IMG/VR virus record: IMGVR_UViG_2814123389_000006
Location: 64,001 to 82,128 of that record
Strand: one strand, 5' to 3'
Source of the DNA: a virus
Lineage: Duplodnaviria > Heunggongvirae > Uroviricota > Caudoviricetes
DNA: 18,128 bases
Shown: positions 16,373-18,128 of the stretch, in pieces
How positions within the stretch are numbered: the first letter of the stretch is position 1
Layout of the letters: the number at the start of each line of letters is the position of its first letter
Made by a program: the position numbers and the translations under genes
Notes under the pieces: generated by a model
What the model was told of the DNA's origin: nothing
Database searches by the model: none
Seen by the model: the letters and a program-made list of their open reading frames with translations, nothing else

Positions 16373-17470
16373 TTAGATATTTGCTACATTGCCGTCTGCG
16401 TTGACTAGTTCCACCGTAACGCCGTGCATGGGCGGCGTCGCATGTTGGCGAGAATCGTCCGAAGAACTGCCTGCCCCGAACACGGAGGTAAGCACCGTGG
16501 CCGTGATAGCCGCCGCGACCGACGCCACCACCCCGCCTCCGCGCCGCGGTGGCGTCGGGGCTGCCGCGGCCAGCATGGCGGCGCGCATCTCCTCGTCGTC
16601 GACCGCGGTGTAGATCTGCGTGGTGGCGATGCTGGAGTGGCCCAGCAGTTCCTGGACAGCCCGAATGTTGCGCGTGCCGCGGTACGCGCGGGTGGCGAAT
16701 CGGTGCCGCAGCGTATGCATCGTCCAGTGCTCCGGCAGCGCCTCGGAGATCAGCGTTCCGACCCAACGCGGCGAAAGGTGCCCGTTGTCATCGCCTGGGA
16801 ACAGCCAGCCCTCGACCCCGTAAGCGGCGAGCTCGGGCGTGTGGCCCGGGGCGCCTGCAGCGATGAGGTCTGCGAGCTCGCAACTGATCGGGACGACGCG
16901 TTCCCGGCAGCCCTTGCCGTGGACGAGAAGCTGCGGCCCGTCGAAACCCTCGATGAGATCTCGGGTGTGGACCTTGGCGACCTCGGATCGCCGGAGGCCG
17001 GCCTCCGCCGCCAGGCGCAGCATGAGCGCAGTTCGAGGCTCTGCGGCGAGGATCGCCTCGGCCCAGACGCGATCGGGGGCTGGTCGCGGCGTGGGACGGT
17101 CCGCCTTGATGAGAGGCAAGCTGGCGGCGGGGTTCGTCTCGAGGTGTCCCTCGGTGTGCGCCCAACTGAAGAAGCTGGACGCGCTGTTGCGATAACCGCG
17201 GCGTGTCTCTCGTGCCCAGTGTTTCTGCGTGGCGAACCAGTTCTTGAGCGTGTCACCCGACACGTCGGCCGGGTCGGTTCGTAGCGCTCGAGCGATTCGC
17301 GATATGTGCGAGACGCGCGTGCTGATGGTGGTTTCTGGGCGGTCGACGGCCTGCTCGGCCGTGATGTAGCAGTCGATCAACGACTGCCAGGCGGGGGGCG
17401 CCGGCCACTTGTCTGGACCGGAACGCCGCTTGAACTGGATCACAATGGCGGAATCTAACGGACGAGTCAT
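16373..17470 (-). CDS. int: Tyrosine integrase (core-binding + catalytic domains, no evident arm-binding domain) with a C-terminal extension, 365 aa
   Basis: Catalytic set R (GLRRSEV), K (HGKG), HxxR (HTLRHR), H (LLGH) and Y (TQIYT). Only about 25 aa precede the core-binding domain, as in BPs/Brujita-type arm-less integrases. Adjacent to the att core. Confidence 0.95.
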   Translation of the reverse strand: MTRPLDSAIVIQFKRRSGPDKWPAPPAWQSLIDCYITAEQAVDRPETTISTRVSHISRIARALRTDPADVSGDTLKNWFATQKHWARETRRGYRNSASSFFSWAHTEGHLETNPAASLPLIKADRPTPRPAPDRVWAEAILAAEPRTALMLRLAAEAGLRRSEVAKVHTRDLIEGFDGPQLLVHGKGCRERVVPISCELADLIAAGAPGHTPELAAYGVEGWLFPGDDNGHLSPRWVGTLISEALPEHWTMHTLRHRFATRAYRGTRNIRAVQELLGHSSIATTQIYTAVDDEEMRAAMLAAAAPTPPRRGGGVVASVAAAITATVLTSVFGAGSSSDDSRQHATPPMHGVTVELVNADGNVANI

Positions 17471-17527
17471 TTATCTGCACCCACCAGTCTCTTTGCTGTT
17501 ACCGACTTGTTACTCGCTGCAGCTAAG

Positions 17528-17553
17528 CGGCCCTGGACATGTGCCCAGGGCCG
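17528..17553 (-). terminator. GC-rich hairpin between the repressor-tail stop and int
   Basis: CGGCCCTGG-N8-CCAGGGCCG, a perfect 9-bp inverted repeat (11 bp with G:U in minus-strand RNA). No U-tract. Confidence 0.4.
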
Positions 17554-17566
17554 TCGCGGTCGTTGG

Positions 17567-17737
17567 CTAAGCGGCTTCACGTTGCGGGTCCGGGGATTCC
17601 GGAGCGTGCGGAAGGGGTGCCAGCGGGGCTGTCGGCAGGGGAATGACCTTGGCCGGCGTAGCGTCGGAATCGACGCAGGTCAAGTGGCGTGAGCCGACTG
17701 ACCAGAAGGTTAGGGGTTCGAATCCCTTCGGGCGCAC
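17567..17737 (-). pseudogene. Orphaned 3' end of the immunity repressor gene (56 codons, ends EAA-stop, ssrA-like degron), separated from its 5' part by integration
   Basis: Translates as VRPKGFEPLTFWSVGSRHLTCVDSDATPAKVIPLPTAPLAPLPHAPESPDPQREAA-stop. Starts exactly in the att core and is closed upstream by TAG at 17759-17761. Confidence 0.75.
17703..17737 (+). other. attR common core = 3' half of tRNA-Arg(ACG), not an intact tRNA
   Basis: CAGAAGGTTAGGGGTTCGAATCCCTTCGGGCGCAC contains a T-arm (AGGGG-TTCGAAT-CCCTT) and the acceptor 3' strand CGGGCGC, matching the actinobacterial tRNA-Arg(ACG) 3' end as I recall it. The 5' half (GCGCCCGTAGCTCA...) is absent. Confidence 0.85.
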
Positions 17738-17742
17738 TCCGG

Positions 17743-17779
17743 AAAAAAGAGGCGCGGTCTACGGACCGCGCCTCTTTTT
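17743..17779. terminator. Bidirectional intrinsic terminator (probably the host tRNA terminator)
   Basis: AAAAAAGAGGCGCGGTC-TACG-GACCGCGCCTCTTTTT: perfect stem, C(UACG)G loop, and T-tracts on both strands. Confidence 0.9.
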
Positions 17780-17894
17780 CGTCGAGATCGAGTTCTGGCG
17801 AAATCGAGATCGACGTCAGGGCTGTGATTCTTGCGACGCCACGACCGTGGTGTCGATCTCGGCGGGTGACGGCGGGGTCGAGGCCCGACGGGGA

Positions 17895-18128
17895 CTAGTC
17901 GGACGCGACGGCAGTGGCGATGTCCACGGCCATCTCGCGCAGGACATCGTCGGTGACGAACTGGCGCGCGCTCTGCCGGTTCAATCGGAGCACCGACACC
18001 AGGAGTTCGATGTGGCCGGCCACCTGAACCCGAGCCAGCTCGGGCGGCAGGTGCAGGCCGTGCAACTCGGCCAGGAACCGGCGCAGCACGGTGACGCGAT
18101 CGTTCATCCACGGCGACCGGCCGGCCAT
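17895..18128 (-). CDS. Hypothetical protein (77 aa or more), presumed host side; homologue of 16038-16313
   Basis: Open frame with GC-rich third positions and alignment to the 91-aa gene. The ATG is the last codon of the window, so the true start may lie further out. Confidence 0.7.
   Translation of the reverse strand: MAGRSPWMNDRVTVLRRFLAELHGLHLPPELARVQVAGHIELLVSVLRLNRQSARQFVTDDVLREMAVDIATAVASD

Larger units (their letters stand above)
1..17737. mobile_element. Integrated siphovirus prophage, right part (tail, lysis, accessory genes, integrase) ending at attR; extends left of the window
   Basis: Canonical actinobacteriophage gene order with TGATG/GTGA/ATGA coupling. Tyrosine integrase lies next to a tRNA 3'-half that lacks its 5' half. 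The repressor-tail frame is closed by TAG at 17759-17761 on the far side of the core, as expected for attR rather than attP. Confidence 0.9.

Noticed and set aside
17661-17737. Intact tRNA gene
   Set aside because: Only the variable loop, T-arm and acceptor 3' strand are present. GCGTCGG at 17661 pairs imperfectly with the acceptor and there is no D-arm or anticodon arm, so it is treated as the att core.
17782-17861. Short repeats beyond the terminator (TCGAGATCGA twice; CGAGATCGAC/GTCGATCTCG inverted pair)
   Set aside because: Built from CGATCG/TCGA words that are very common in mycobacterial DNA, with no supporting context.
17710-18111. 133-aa minus-strand ORF crossing the att core, as a possible repressor
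   Set aside because: Low-complexity Arg/Pro translation with no HTH. It overlaps the better-supported 17895-18128 gene in another frame and runs through a terminator.
1-18128. CRISPR array, rRNA, IS element, programmed frameshift site
   Set aside because: No regularly spaced repeats, rRNA-like sequence or transposase was seen. The tail-chaperone frameshift genes would lie upstream of the tape measure, outside the window.

Overview
Right-hand end of an integrated temperate siphovirus prophage from a high-GC, mycolic-acid-type host (probably Mycobacterium/Mycolicibacterium, judged from Lysin B and the tail gene families). Left to right: the 3' end of the tape measure gene, minor tail and tail-fibre genes (681-10412), a lysis cassette (Lysin A M23+amidase+PG-binding, Lysin B, holin, DUF2746-like membrane protein) and a strong UUCG terminator. 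Next comes a separately promoted three-gene operon ending in an Aca2/YdiL (DUF1870)-like HTH regulator, a candidate anti-CRISPR/anti-defence operon. Then a leftward lipoprotein, a 91-aa gene, and an arm-less tyrosine integrase with an unusual transmembrane-like tail. The attR junction (3' half of tRNA-Arg, about 17703-17737) is read on the minus strand as an orphaned 56-codon repressor tail ending in EAA-stop, the signature of integration-dependent immunity. Beyond it lie a bidirectional terminator and a presumed host-side gene homologous to the phage 91-aa gene. All family assignments come from motif recognition by eye and need HMM/structure confirmation.
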